Source of the DNA: Elusimicrobiota bacterium
Lineage (GTDB): Bacteria; Elusimicrobiota; Elusimicrobia; UBA1565; UBA9628
NCBI GenBank assembly: GCA_003452935.1
Contig: DMMY01000016.1
Coordinates: forward strand, 142,009-206,008
DNA: 64,000 nt
Direction: 5' to 3'
Shown: positions 1-8,990 of the stretch, piece after piece
Layout: each line of letters opens with the position of its first letter
How positions within the stretch are numbered: position 1 is the first letter of the stretch
Notes under the pieces: model-generated
What the model saw: the letters and a program-made list of their open reading frames with translations, nothing else
Told to the model about the DNA's origin: nothing
Database searches by the model: none
Position numbers and translations under genes: made by a program

Positions 1-20
1 CCCTCAAGGGGGGCCTTCAG

Positions 21-45
21 GGTTCGGCGCCTTCGGCGCCGAACC
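21..45. other. Perfect GC-rich hairpin: 11-bp stem ggttcggcgcc/ggcgccgaacc with a 3-nt loop
   Basis: Read directly: 21-31 is the exact reverse complement of 35-45. No U-tract follows on either strand. Confidence 0.8.
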
Positions 46-48
46 GCG

Positions 49-79
<31 letters not shown>

Positions 80-99
80 GGCACGGCCCCCAACGGCGC

Positions 100-124
100 G
101 GGCGCCCCCCGCGGGGGGGCGCCC
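100..124. other. Second perfect GC hairpin: stem gggcgcccccc/ggggggcgccc with a 3-nt loop
   Basis: 100-110 is the reverse complement of 114-124. It lies 18 nt upstream of the first ATG of the permease ORF. Confidence 0.75.
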
Positions 125-141
125 GTGGCGCGGCATCTTCG

Positions 142-954
142 ATGCCGCGCGCGCTAACGGCCATGAAAAGATCGCGCGGCCTCCTTGCCTACTGCGCGGG
201 ACTCTACGGGTTCCTCTATCTGCCCCTGGCGGTCATGGTAGCCTTTTCCTTCAACGACGCGCGACGCAACGTGGCGTGGAAAGGGTTCACCCTCAAGTGG
301 TACGCAAGCCTGTTCCACAACGCGGAGCTCGCCGGCTCGGTGGCCACAACCCTGGAACTGGCCGTGGTCTCAAGCCTCATCGCGGCCATCATGGGGATGC
401 TCGCCAGTTACGCCATGACCCGCCACGCGCCCTTCCGCGGCCGGGGGCTTTACGGCGCGCTTTTAAACGCCCCCTTGATGATGCCCGAGATCGTCATGGG
501 CGTGGGCCTGCTCTCCTTCTTCTCCCGCGTGGGAGTGCCGCTCAATTTCTGGAGCCTGGCCTGCGCGCACGCGCTCATCGCCCTGCCCTACACCGTGGGC
601 TCGATCCGGGCGCGGCTGCTGTCCCTCAAGGAATCCAATCTCGAGGACGCGGCCATGGACCTGGGCGCGACCGAATGGCAGGCTTTTTGCCGCATCACCC
701 TGCCCCTGGCCCGGCCCGCCGTGCTTTCGGGGGCGCTGTTGGCCTTCACCGTGAGCTTCGAGGATTTCGTGACCAGCTTCTTCATCGCCGGCATCGGCAT
801 CGTGACCATGCCCATCAAGGTCTACTCCATGATGAAGTTCGGCGTCACCCCGGAAATCAACGCCCTGGCCTCCTGCCTGCTGGCCCTGACCGTGGCCTTC
901 CTGCTCGCGGACCGATTTCTCAAGCGCCGCTCTCGCCCGGCGCGCAGGGTCTAG
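142..954 (+). CDS. ABC transporter permease, spermidine/putrescine PotC-like
   Basis: Polytopic membrane protein with an EAA-loop region (LEDAAMDLGATEWQAFCRITLPLARPAVLSGALLAF). The MKRSRGLLAY start typical of PotC is at 163; a frame-2 stop at 155-157 would end an upstream gene 5 nt before it. Confidence 0.75.
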   Translation: MPRALTAMKRSRGLLAYCAGLYGFLYLPLAVMVAFSFNDARRNVAWKGFTLKWYASLFHNAELAGSVATTLELAVVSSLIAAIMGMLASYAMTRHAPFRGRGLYGALLNAPLMMPEIVMGVGLLSFFSRVGVPLNFWSLACAHALIALPYTVGSIRARLLSLKESNLEDAAMDLGATEWQAFCRITLPLARPAVLSGALLAFTVSFEDFVTSFFIAGIGIVTMPIKVYSMMKFGVTPEINALASCLLALTVAFLLADRFLKRRSRPARRV

Positions 955-1039
955 AAGTCCTTACTAGCCCAATGCGTAAAATACGTGAAAGCCTGACACC
1001 GAAGGCCTAGGCGGGCTGGGCCCTTGGGCCCTCGACGGG

Positions 1040-1068
1040 AAACTAGGGCCCTGGTACAATAAGTCATA
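1040..1068 (+). promoter_or_regulatory. Partial copy (R0) of the repeated GGGCCC/AT-box cassette, abutting the GTG start of the downstream gene
   Basis: tagggccctggtacaataagtcata aligns with tagggcccttgacaatatagtat at 59596-59619. A TACAAT box ends 8 nt before GTG 1069. Confidence 0.5.
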
Positions 1069-1857
1069 GTGTTTTTTACCAAGAGTCAGACGCTCATGGC
1101 CGGGGTCGCGGGGACCGTCCTGGCCCTCGCCCCCGGCCCTGCCCCGGCCCATCCCCGGGCCGGCGCCGGCATCATCGGCCAGGGAGCGCGGCCCATGTCG
1201 CGCAGCTCGGGCGCCCGGCCGGCGAATCTCAAGATCGCGCCCTCGCGCGGCAAGGCCCCTATGGCCAAGGCAGCCCCCTTGGTCGTCCCCGTTCCCAAGC
1301 CCACCCCGGCCTACAAGCACACCTTCAACGTCCTGCGCAACCGCCCCGAGATCACGGACCGCTACGACGATATCATCATCAAGCAGGCACGCCGGCGCGG
1401 CATCGACCCGCGCCTGGTCAAGGCCATCATCGCGGCCGAATCCGAATTCTCGAACTCGGCCCTCTCCCCGCGCGGGGCCCGAGGTCTCATGCAGATACTG
1501 CCCGAGACCGCCGAGGAATTCGGCGTGGCCCGCGCGAATCTCAACGATCCCAAGGCCAATATCCAGGCCGGAACCGCGTACCTGGCCAGGCTTTACCAGA
1601 CGGCGTGGAAACAGTACCGGCTCAAGGGCGTGGCCTACCGCAACGCGCCGCCTTGGGTCCTGCAGAGAATCGTGGCCTCGTACAATGCCGGGCCGCGGGC
1701 CCTGACCCGGGATCAATGGATGAGCCAGACGCGCAATTACGTCAGGAAGGTTCTGCTGTTCTACGGCTCCGACGTGTCTCTTTTCCGCCGACACCCGGCG
1801 CGCAGGGTCGGGTCCGGGCCGTCGCTGCCCCGTCCCGATCACGGCACGCTGCACTGA
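1069..1857 (+). CDS. Lytic transglycosylase (SLT domain) protein
   Basis: SLT catalytic motif AESEFSNSALSPRGARGLMQILPETA. GTG start. Low-complexity Pro/Ala-rich N-terminus, possibly a signal or linker. Confidence 0.7.
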   Translation: MFFTKSQTLMAGVAGTVLALAPGPAPAHPRAGAGIIGQGARPMSRSSGARPANLKIAPSRGKAPMAKAAPLVVPVPKPTPAYKHTFNVLRNRPEITDRYDDIIIKQARRRGIDPRLVKAIIAAESEFSNSALSPRGARGLMQILPETAEEFGVARANLNDPKANIQAGTAYLARLYQTAWKQYRLKGVAYRNAPPWVLQRIVASYNAGPRALTRDQWMSQTRNYVRKVLLFYGSDVSLFRRHPARRVGSGPSLPRPDHGTLH

Positions 1858-2206
1858 CGTCGCGCCGGATCTGCTCCACCAGCTCGCCCAAGGAATCGAA
1901 GCGCTTCTCGTCGCGGATCTTCTCCAGGAACCGGACCTCCAGTTCCCGGCCGTAAAGGTCGCCGTCGAAGCCCGGGATATGGACCTCCACCCAGACCGCG
2001 CCGCAGGGCCCCAGGGTGGGCCTCACGCCCACGTTGCAGACTCCCACCCGGGACTCATCGTCCCAGCAAGCCTTGACGCGGTAGACTCCCAGGGGGGGAA
2101 GCTTTCCTCGGGAAACGACCACGTTGGCCGTGGGAAAGCCCAGGCGCCGGCCCAGGCCCGTTCCCTGGACGACCTTGCCGCGCAAGAGGGGGAGAATCCG
2201 CTTCAC
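1742..2206 (-). CDS. Riboflavin kinase, monofunctional (RibF C-terminal-domain homolog without a FAD-synthetase domain)
   Basis: GRRLGFPTANV and EVHIPGFDGDLYG motifs of the riboflavin kinase domain. Only 154 aa. Its start overlaps the truB stop (ATGA); its 3' end overlaps the convergent transglycosylase ORF by ~115 nt. Confidence 0.75.
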   Translation of the reverse strand: MKRILPLLRGKVVQGTGLGRRLGFPTANVVVSRGKLPPLGVYRVKACWDDESRVGVCNVGVRPTLGPCGAVWVEVHIPGFDGDLYGRELEVRFLEKIRDEKRFDSLGELVEQIRRDVSAACRDRDGAATARTRPCAPGVGGKETRRSRRTAEPS

Positions 2207-2961
2207 AAAGGCAAGGAATCCGGCGCCATGGGCCGGTTGGCTTGGGCTAGGGTCTCTCCCAGGCGCATCAGGGAAGCCGTCATAAGCCTCTGCAGGGAGC
2301 CGGAATCCAGCTTCCTGGCCGCCTCCAGAGTGATCGCGTCCTCGATCCTGAAACCCGCGATCCTTTCACGGCGCAGGGTCAGGACCGTGGCCCCGCAGCC
2401 CAGCTTGCTGCCGGCGAGCTCGGCCAGGGAACGAACGTAGGTGCCGCTCGAGCAGGTGAGGCGATGCTCGAAATCCGGGCTCTGCAGGCCCAAGGCCTTC
2501 CAGGAGAAGACCGTGCAACTGCGCGGCTTGACCGGAACTTCCAGGCCGGCCCGGGCGTAGCGGTAGAGGGCCTTGCCCTTGTGCTTGACCGCGGAATAGG
2601 CGGGCGCGGGCATCTCCAAGGCGCCCACCATGGAGTCAAGACAGGCCTGAACCCGCGCCAGATCCAGGGAGGGGACTGTCTTGGTTTCCAGGACCGTGCC
2701 GGTGACATCTCCCGTGTCCGTGCGCACTCCCAGACGGATGCGGCCGGCGTAGACCTTGTCGAGGCCCTGCATCCGCGCCTGCAAACGCGTGCACGGGCCC
2801 ACCAGCAGGATCAAAAGCCCCGTGGCCAGGGGATCGAGGGTGCCGCAATGGCCGACCTTGGCGCCCTTGGGCAGCATGCGCCTGAAAGCCGCCACGGCAT
2901 CGTGGGAGGTCCAGCCCTCGGGCTTGTCGAAAAGAATCATCCCCGAGGCGGACGCGCGCAT
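2203..2961 (-). CDS. truB: tRNA pseudouridine(55) synthase TruB
   Basis: ILFDKPEGWTSHDAV ... GHCGTLDPLATGLLILLVG. Start trimmed to the ATG at 2961, which overlaps the rbfA stop (ATGA). Confidence 0.9.
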   Translation of the reverse strand: MRASASGMILFDKPEGWTSHDAVAAFRRMLPKGAKVGHCGTLDPLATGLLILLVGPCTRLQARMQGLDKVYAGRIRLGVRTDTGDVTGTVLETKTVPSLDLARVQACLDSMVGALEMPAPAYSAVKHKGKALYRYARAGLEVPVKPRSCTVFSWKALGLQSPDFEHRLTCSSGTYVRSLAELAGSKLGCGATVLTLRRERIAGFRIEDAITLEAARKLDSGSLQRLMTASLMRLGETLAQANRPMAPDSLPL

Positions 2962-3311
2962 CACGGCCGGCCCTCCTTCTCGATGTCGCCCAGGAGCTTG
3001 TCCACGCGGGAGGCACGGCGCGGAGTATCGTCGAAACGGAACACGATCTTGGGGATGAGCTTCAAGCTCAAGCGCTTGATGAGGAGATGGTGAATGAACG
3101 GCGCGCACCGGTCCAGGGCCCGGGACGTGCGTTTGCTCTCCTGCGTCGTGCCCAGGACCGAGTAATAGACGGTCAGGTTCTTGCGGTCCACGCTGAGCTC
3201 GAGGTCGGTCAGGGTGAGAAGCCCGGATATCCCGGGATCCTTCACCTCGCGCAGGGCCTTGGTGATCTCTACCCGGAAAAGCTCGCGCAAACGCTCGTTG
3301 CGGTCGAACAT
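2961..3311 (-). CDS. rbfA: Ribosome-binding factor A
   Basis: MFDRNERLRELFRVEITKALREVKDPGISGLLTLTDLELS. The ggagg RBS lies before the ATG at 3311. The ORF-track start at 3446 is an upstream extension. Confidence 0.85.
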   Translation of the reverse strand: MFDRNERLRELFRVEITKALREVKDPGISGLLTLTDLELSVDRKNLTVYYSVLGTTQESKRTSRALDRCAPFIHHLLIKRLSLKLIPKIVFRFDDTPRRASRVDKLLGDIEKEGRP

Positions 3312-3343
3312 GGGGCCTCCTGGGGCGAAGCGCGCCGCCCGTC

Positions 3344-5890
3344 CTAGCGGGAGCTGCTCAGGCGCCGGGTGCGGGTCTCCTTGGCGTAGAACTCCAGCTG
3401 ATCGCCTTTCTGGAAGTCCTTGAAATTCTCGAAGTCCATGCCGCATTCCAGGCCCTTCTCCACTTCCTTGACGTCGTCCTTGAAGCGCTTGAGCGTCGAC
3501 ACGCGGCCCTCATATGCCACGCCCTCGCCGCGCTTGATGCGCACCAGGCTGCCGCGCACGGCCTTGCCGTCGCGGATCATGCAGCCCGCGACCTTGCCGG
3601 ACTTCACGCTGAAAATCTCGCGAATCTCGCCCTTGCCCACGATGACCTCCACGATCTCGGGCTCCAGGAGCCCCTCCAGCGCCGCCTTGACGTCGGCGAT
3701 AAGGTCGTAGATGATCTCGTACTTGCGCACTTCCACGCCCTCGCGCGCCGCCACTTCCTCGGCGCGAGGATCGATCGCGGCATGAAACAGCATGGTCACG
3801 GCGTCGGAGGCCGAGGCCAAAAGGACGTCGGACTCGTTGGCGTTGCCCACCTCGCCGTGGATGATGCGCACGCGGCATTCGGAGGTGGAAAGTCCCTCAA
3901 GGGAGTCCTTGAGGGCCTGCAGGGAACCCTGCACGTCGGCCTTGAGCACGATCTTGAGTTCCTTGGCCGCGGCCACGTTGCCGGCGGAAAGCTGGCTCTT
4001 GAGGCCGACCAGGGTCATGTGCTTCTGGTGCGCCAGGGACTGCTCGCGGTGGATGAGGGCGCGCCGCTCCGCGATCTCCCGGGCTTGGCGCTCGTCCTTG
4101 ACCACGTTGAAGGTGTCGCCCGCTTGCGGGGTGTTGATGACCCCGAGTATCTCGACGGGGGTCGCGGGCCCCGCCGCGATGATGCGCTTGCCGGTGTCGT
4201 CGTGCAGGGCCTTGACCTTGCCGAAAGCAAGGCCGGCCACGAAGGCGTCGCCCGGCTTGATCGTCCCGGCCTGGATCAGGACGTTGGCGACCACGCCTTT
4301 CTTGGGATCGAGACTGGCCTCCAGGACCACGCCGTAGGCAGGCCGGTCAGGATTGGCCTTGAGGTCGAGCATCTCTGCCTGCAGGGCCAGCATCTCAAGC
4401 AGCGTGTCGATGTGCAGTCGCTTCTTGGCCGAGACGTCGACGAAGATGTTCTTGCCGCCCCATTCCTCGGGCTGGATGCCGCGGTTGGCCAGCTCCTGTC
4501 GGATCTTCTGGGGGTTGGCGCCGGGCAGGTCGACCTTGTTGACCGCCACCACGATGGGAACGTCGGCGGCTTTGGCGTGGTCCAAGGCCTCGACCGTCTG
4601 AGGCATGACCCCGTCCGTCGCGGAAACGACCACGACGACGATGTCGGTCACCTTGGCGCCGCGCGCGCGCATGGCGGTGAAAGCCTCGTGACCGGGGGTA
4701 TCGAGAAAAACGATGTCGCCCTTGGAGGTGCGCACCCGGTAGGCGCCGATGTGCTGGGTTATGCCTCCGGATTCGCCCTCGGCCACGCGCGTGGAGCGGA
4801 TGGCGTCCAAAAGCGTGGTCTTGCCGTGGTCCACGTGCCCCATGACCGTGACCACGGGGGCGCGGGGCTTGAGAGATTCCGGCTTCTCCTCCTCGACATG
4901 GGCCGTTATCTCGGATTCCTTGTAAAGGGGTTGAAAGTCCAGCTCATAGCCGAAATCCTGCGCGACGATGGAGGCGGACTCGGGCTCCAGGCGCTGGTTG
5001 ATGGTGGCGAATATGCCCAGGTTCATGAGCTTCTTGATGACGTCTGGGGAACGGACTTCCATCTTCTCGGATAGGTCGCGCACGGTCATCAAGGTCGAGA
5101 CCTGAAGCTTCTTCAAAGCCGGCTTGGCCGCGGACGGCGCGGAGGAACGGGGCTCGACCGGCTTGGCCGGAACGGGCTGAGGAGCGGCCGCGTGTTTGGG
5201 CGCCGGCCGGCCTGGTCCGGCGGGCCGATGAACGCCCGGCCTGGCCCCGGGAGCCGGGAACCGGGCTCCGGCCGGAGGCCGGGGCGCCGGCGGGCCCGTC
5301 CTGACCGACGGAGGAACGGGGCGCGGCGGAGCGGGAGGAACCGCCGGCTTGGCTGCCGGTGGTGTCGGAGATTGCACCGCGGGTTTGGCCACGCTGGGCG
5401 CGGCCGGCAAAACCGTCGGCGCGGCAGCCGCTGGTTTTGCCGCAGGCGCGGAAGACGGTTTGGCGACGGGCGCCGGAGCAGGAGCCGCCGCTTGCGGAGC
5501 GGGCAACGGCGAAGGCGCCGGCTTGACAACGTCCGCCGCGGGGGGCTCCGGCTTGGGCGGCTTGGGAAGAGACGCCCCGGCCGCCAATCGCGTCACGGTC
5601 GGTCCGGTGGAATGCAGAAGCTTTTTCTTTTTGAACAGATCGAACGCGGAGACGAGGTTCTGTGACGGGGGAGCGATGGAGCCCTCCTCTTGGACGGCGC
5701 GGGTTTCGGCCGCGGTCTGGAGGATGCCCTGAGCGCCATTCTTCTCGCCCTTCTTGTCATGAGACCCCTTGGAGGTCTTCTTGGGGGCAGCGGGTTTGGC
5801 GGCCTTCTTGGCGGTTTTCTCCGTCTTTTCCACCTTGTCTTTGGCCGGCTTTTCCGCTTTTTTCTTCTCCATAATGTTCAATGATAGCAT
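3344..5890 (-). CDS. infB: Translation initiation factor IF-2
   Basis: GTPase G-domain [20 protein letters not shown] and the IF-2 C-terminal domains. Long Pro/Ala/Lys-rich N-terminal region. Confidence 0.95.
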   Translation of the reverse strand: MLSLNIMEKKKAEKPAKDKVEKTEKTAKKAAKPAAPKKTSKGSHDKKGEKNGAQGILQTAAETRAVQEEGSIAPPSQNLVSAFDLFKKKKLLHSTGPTVTRLAAGASLPKPPKPEPPAADVVKPAPSPLPAPQAAAPAPAPVAKPSSAPAAKPAAAAPTVLPAAPSVAKPAVQSPTPPAAKPAVPPAPPRPVPPSVRTGPPAPRPPAGARFPAPGARPGVHRPAGPGRPAPKHAAAPQPVPAKPVEPRSSAPSAAKPALKKLQVSTLMTVRDLSEKMEVRSPDVIKKLMNLGIFATINQRLEPESASIVAQDFGYELDFQPLYKESEITAHVEEEKPESLKPRAPVVTVMGHVDHGKTTLLDAIRSTRVAEGESGGITQHIGAYRVRTSKGDIVFLDTPGHEAFTAMRARGAKVTDIVVVVVSATDGVMPQTVEALDHAKAADVPIVVAVNKVDLPGANPQKIRQELANRGIQPEEWGGKNIFVDVSAKKRLHIDTLLEMLALQAEMLDLKANPDRPAYGVVLEASLDPKKGVVANVLIQAGTIKPGDAFVAGLAFGKVKALHDDTGKRIIAAGPATPVEILGVINTPQAGDTFNVVKDERQAREIAERRALIHREQSLAHQKHMTLVGLKSQLSAGNVAAAKELKIVLKADVQGSLQALKDSLEGLSTSECRVRIIHGEVGNANESDVLLASASDAVTMLFHAAIDPRAEEVAAREGVEVRKYEIIYDLIADVKAALEGLLEPEIVEVIVGKGEIREIFSVKSGKVAGCMIRDGKAVRGSLVRIKRGEGVAYEGRVSTLKRFKDDVKEVEKGLECGMDFENFKDFQKGDQLEFYAKETRTRRLSSSR

Positions 5891-5933
5891 TTATGCAGCC
5901 GCTCCCCAAAACCGGCAAGTGCGCCGCGGCATC

Positions 5934-7217
5934 CTATCTCTGCTCCTGCGGGGCCTGCCCGCTCATGTATTTCTTTGCGCTGGCTATGATCTTAGCCGCA
6001 GTCTTCTCGCCGATACCCTCCAGAGACGTCAACGCCTCGGGATCAGCCTCGGCCAGACGGGCCGGGTCCGCGAATCCCGCCCGGGCGAGAATTTCGGCGG
6101 TCTTGGCGCCGACGCCCTCTAAAACCGAAAGCGCTTCAACGGAGACGGAACCGCGGTCGTCGCCGGAAGCGGCCCCGGCCTGCGCGGGCGCCTCGCAGCG
6201 GACCTCTATCTCCCAACCAGTCAGCCGGCAGGCCAGGCGCACGTTTTGCCCGTCCTTTCCGATGGCCAGAGAAAGCTGCTCCTGCGAAACGAGCGCCTCG
6301 GCGCGCTTGTTCTCCGCGTCAAGCACGCGTACGGAGGCGACCTTGGCCGGAGCCAAGGAGTTGGCCAAAAACTTCGGGATATCCTCGTCGAAGAGGATGA
6401 GATCAATGCGCTCCCCGGCCAGCTCGTTCATGATGCTGCGGATGCGCGAGCCGCGCAGGCCCACGCAGGAACCCACCGGGTCCACCTTGGGGTCGTTGGA
6501 ACGCACCAGAACCTTGGCCCGGAACCCCGGGTCGCGCGCGACCTCCAATATTTCCACGATCTTCTCCCCGATCTCGGGAACCTCGAGCTCGAAGAGCCGG
6601 CGCAAAAACAGCGGCGCCGCCCGGGAGATGACGACCTGAGGCCCGCGCTGGGCCTTGTCCACGCGCAGGATGACCGCGCGGACGTTGCCGCCCACGTTGT
6701 AGCGCTCGCGGCGGATCTGCTCGCGCACGGGCAGAATGGCTTCGGTCTTGCCGATATCCACGACGATGTTGCGCTCCAGGAAACGGTGCACCGAGCCGGT
6801 GACCACCTCGCCTTCCTTGGGCTTGAACTCATCATAAAGAGTGTCGCGCTCCACCTCGCGGATCTTCTGGGCCAGGACCTGTTTGGCGGTCTGGGCCGCG
6901 ATCCGGGCGAAGTCGGTAACGGGCGCGGGCAGGCGCACGTCCTCGCCGATCGCTGCGTCTTTCTTGTAGCGCCTGGCCTCGGCCAAGGATATCTCCAGCT
7001 CCGGATCGGCCACAGCCTCGGCGACCTTCTTGACCACGTTAGCCCGGAACTCGGCCGTGTCGGGATCGATGGAAGCCTCGATGACCGTGGTCTTGCCCAC
7101 GTGCTTGCGCAGGGAGCTGACCACCGCGCCCTCGATCATCTTGAGAATATCGTCCTTTTTTATTCCCTTCTCGCGCTCGAGCTGCTCGAGCGCCAACACC
7201 AATTCTGATTTAGCCAT
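5934..7217 (-). CDS. nusA: Transcription termination/antitermination factor NusA
   Basis: MAKSELVLALEQLEREKGI N-terminus; S1 and KH regions; C-terminal HhH segment. Confidence 0.95.
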   Translation of the reverse strand: MAKSELVLALEQLEREKGIKKDDILKMIEGAVVSSLRKHVGKTTVIEASIDPDTAEFRANVVKKVAEAVADPELEISLAEARRYKKDAAIGEDVRLPAPVTDFARIAAQTAKQVLAQKIREVERDTLYDEFKPKEGEVVTGSVHRFLERNIVVDIGKTEAILPVREQIRRERYNVGGNVRAVILRVDKAQRGPQVVISRAAPLFLRRLFELEVPEIGEKIVEILEVARDPGFRAKVLVRSNDPKVDPVGSCVGLRGSRIRSIMNELAGERIDLILFDEDIPKFLANSLAPAKVASVRVLDAENKRAEALVSQEQLSLAIGKDGQNVRLACRLTGWEIEVRCEAPAQAGAASGDDRGSVSVEALSVLEGVGAKTAEILARAGFADPARLAEADPEALTSLEGIGEKTAAKIIASAKKYMSGQAPQEQR

Positions 7218-7223
7218 GGCGTG

Positions 7224-7679
7224 TTACACCTCCGCCCTGCAATCCAGCCGCGCCTCGTCGACAAGATCGAGGGGAAACTCGAAGTCCTTGCCCTCGCACT
7301 GTAAAAGGACCTTGCCCTCCCGCCAGCCTCGCAACAGGCCCTTGAAATTGCGCCGGCCATTCTCCGCGACCTTAAGGCGGACTTGCACCGCCTTCCCAGC
7401 AAAGCGAATAAAATCCTTCTCTTTCTTGATAATCCGATCCAAACCCGGGGATGAAACCTCCAAGACGTAAGAACCCTGGACCGCGTCGGCCTCGTCGAGC
7501 AAGGCGCCGATGCGGTTGGAAAGGTGCTCGCAGTCGTCCAAGGTGATGCCGCCCTCCTTGTCCAGATAGAAGCGCAGGATCTGCCGGCCGCTTTCGCGAA
7601 AAAACTCCAGATCCACCAACTCCGCCGCCTCCTGCGTCAACAGCGGCGCCACCAGCTCTTCTATGCGGCCCGCGTCCAT
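7224..7679 (-). CDS. rimP: Ribosome maturation factor RimP
   Basis: LVAPLLTQEAAELVDLEF ... SSPGLDR motif. ATG at 7679 is preceded by the GGGGGAAG SD. Confidence 0.85.
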   Translation of the reverse strand: MDAGRIEELVAPLLTQEAAELVDLEFFRESGRQILRFYLDKEGGITLDDCEHLSNRIGALLDEADAVQGSYVLEVSSPGLDRIIKKEKDFIRFAGKAVQVRLKVAENGRRNFKGLLRGWREGKVLLQCEGKDFEFPLDLVDEARLDCRAEV

Positions 7680-7694
7680 GCTTCCCCCGTGAAT

Positions 7695-7724
7695 AAAAAA
7701 AGTGGCTTGACGGCAGCCACTTTT
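7695..7724 (-). terminator. Leader hairpin plus U-tract (intrinsic-terminator/attenuator-like) between the promoter and the rimP RBS
   Basis: On the transcript strand: aaaagtggc-ugccgucaa-gccacuuuuuuua. A GC stem flanked by an A-tract and a U7 tract, ending ~15 nt before the rimP ATG. Confidence 0.55.
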
Positions 7725-7743
7725 CATGGTTGATGCTGATAAA

Positions 7744-7773
7744 ATAATACTAAACTAGCCCGTCGTCTGTCAA
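7744..7773 (-). promoter_or_regulatory. Sigma70-like promoter of the rimP-nusA-infB operon (TTGACA-18-TATTAT)
   Basis: Minus-strand TTGACA at 7773-7768 and TATTAT at 7749-7744. Confidence 0.55.
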
Positions 7774-7784
7774 ATTCGCTGAGT

Positions 7785-7900
7785 GCCGGAGATCACCTTT
7801 TTTCAACTTGTTGGAATTATTTTTTGCACATCGCAAAAAATCATTAACACTCAACCTTATTTTTCAAAACAAGTTGAATAAGTCCAACAAGTTGATCTCC
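7785..7900. repeat. 116-bp AT-rich element bounded by 13-bp terminal inverted repeats (gTGCCGGAGATCA), with three CAACTTGTTG-type motifs inside
   Basis: 7786-7797 tgccggagatca is the reverse complement of 7888-7899 tgatctccggca. The interior is far more AT-rich than the flanks. ttcaacttgttgga occurs once forward and twice reversed. Confidence 0.6.
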
Positions 7901-7907
7901 GGCACCG

Positions 7908-8990
7908 CTAAGGGGCTTCGGCGCTCTGGGATTTGCGCGCGGCACGGCCGTCGCGCAGACGCAAGACGTCGCTGTAGGTGGCGAATATAAGCAGCAGGAC
8001 CAGGAGGACAATGCCCACGCTGTTGGCCTTGCTGAGAATATCGGGCGTAAGGCGCCGGCGCGAGATGCCTTCCCACACATACATCACCGCGTGGCCGCCG
8101 TCGAGCAGAGGCACGGGCAGGAGATTGAAGAAACCGATGGCCACCGAGATGATCCCGATGAGAAAGACCAGATCCTCCCAGCCCGAGTGCGCGGCCCGGC
8201 TGACCATCTGCACGATGCCCACGGGTCCGGCCAAGTCCGGCCGCTGGCGGCGGTATATCTTGGAAAGGATGGTCTTTAGCGTGAAGGCGGTCAGGGCATA
8301 GCATTGCCCCACGCCCTCGCCCATGGCGCCCAGCAAGCCCACGGGCTTATAGATGGATTGCGGCTGGATGCCGATCACGCCGAAGTTATGGGTTTCGTCG
8401 AGTTTGGGCGTGATCCTCACGACCTGTTCCACGCCCTCGCGGCTGTAAACGACCTTGATCTCCCGATTCGGACTTTTGTGGATGGCGTCCGAGAGCTGCT
8501 TCCAATCCGCCATGGCCGCGCCGTCCACTGACACGATCCGGTCGCCGATGCGCAGGCCGGCGCGGTCCGCCGGGTAGCCGACCATCATGTTGCCGATGAC
8601 CGCCTCGCTGCCCGGCTCGGGTATGCCCTTGATGTAGACGACCCCGGTGAAAAGGAAAAAAGCCAGGACATAGTTCATGGCCGGCCCGGCCAGGACAATG
8701 GCGAGCCGGCGGTGCCAGGCTTGGCCGAAGTACTCGTCGGGCTTGCCGCCGCAAGTGTCCAGCTCCTCGCCGGCGGGCTTGACGAACCCGCCCAAGGGCA
8801 GGGCGCAGAAGGAATAGCGGGTCCCGCCCCGCGTCACTCCGAAAAGCTCCGGGCCCATGCCGAAGGCGAACTTCTCCACGCGCACGCCGAGGCGGCGGCA
8901 CATGAGGAAGTGCCCCAGCTCATGCAGGAAAATAACCAAGCCGAAGGTGAGCACCACCGCGGCCGCGGACTGCAGGTAATAGATGTTCAT
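7908..8990 (-). CDS. rseP: RIP zinc metalloprotease RseP (site-2 protease, M50) with a PDZ domain
   Basis: HELGHFLMCRRLGV (HExxH) and LDGG motifs. Start trimmed to MNIYYLQ at 8990, overlapping the dxr stop (ATGA). Confidence 0.9.
   Translation of the reverse strand: MNIYYLQSAAAVVLTFGLVIFLHELGHFLMCRRLGVRVEKFAFGMGPELFGVTRGGTRYSFCALPLGGFVKPAGEELDTCGGKPDEYFGQAWHRRLAIVLAGPAMNYVLAFFLFTGVVYIKGIPEPGSEAVIGNMMVGYPADRAGLRIGDRIVSVDGAAMADWKQLSDAIHKSPNREIKVVYSREGVEQVVRITPKLDETHNFGVIGIQPQSIYKPVGLLGAMGEGVGQCYALTAFTLKTILSKIYRRQRPDLAGPVGIVQMVSRAAHSGWEDLVFLIGIISVAIGFFNLLPVPLLDGGHAVMYVWEGISRRRLTPDILSKANSVGIVLLVLLLIFATYSDVLRLRDGRAARKSQSAEAP

Noticed and set aside
1-45. Window start as a fourth copy of the R cassette (shares ccttcaggg with R2)
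   Set aside because: Only a 9-nt identity; the rest does not align.
276-5074. Many long ORFs overlapping or antisense to real genes (e.g. 276..1010, 964..1854, 1979..2440, 2464..3093, 3782..5074, 5192..5665)
   Set aside because: High-GC DNA keeps all frames open. They lack recognisable domains, have poor codon periodicity, and sit entirely inside well-supported genes (potC-like, SLT, truB, infB).
7785-7900. A tRNA (metY-like) upstream of rimP, as in E. coli
   Set aside because: The segment is very AT-rich with terminal inverted repeats and no cloverleaf-compatible stems or conserved T-loop (GTTCRA).
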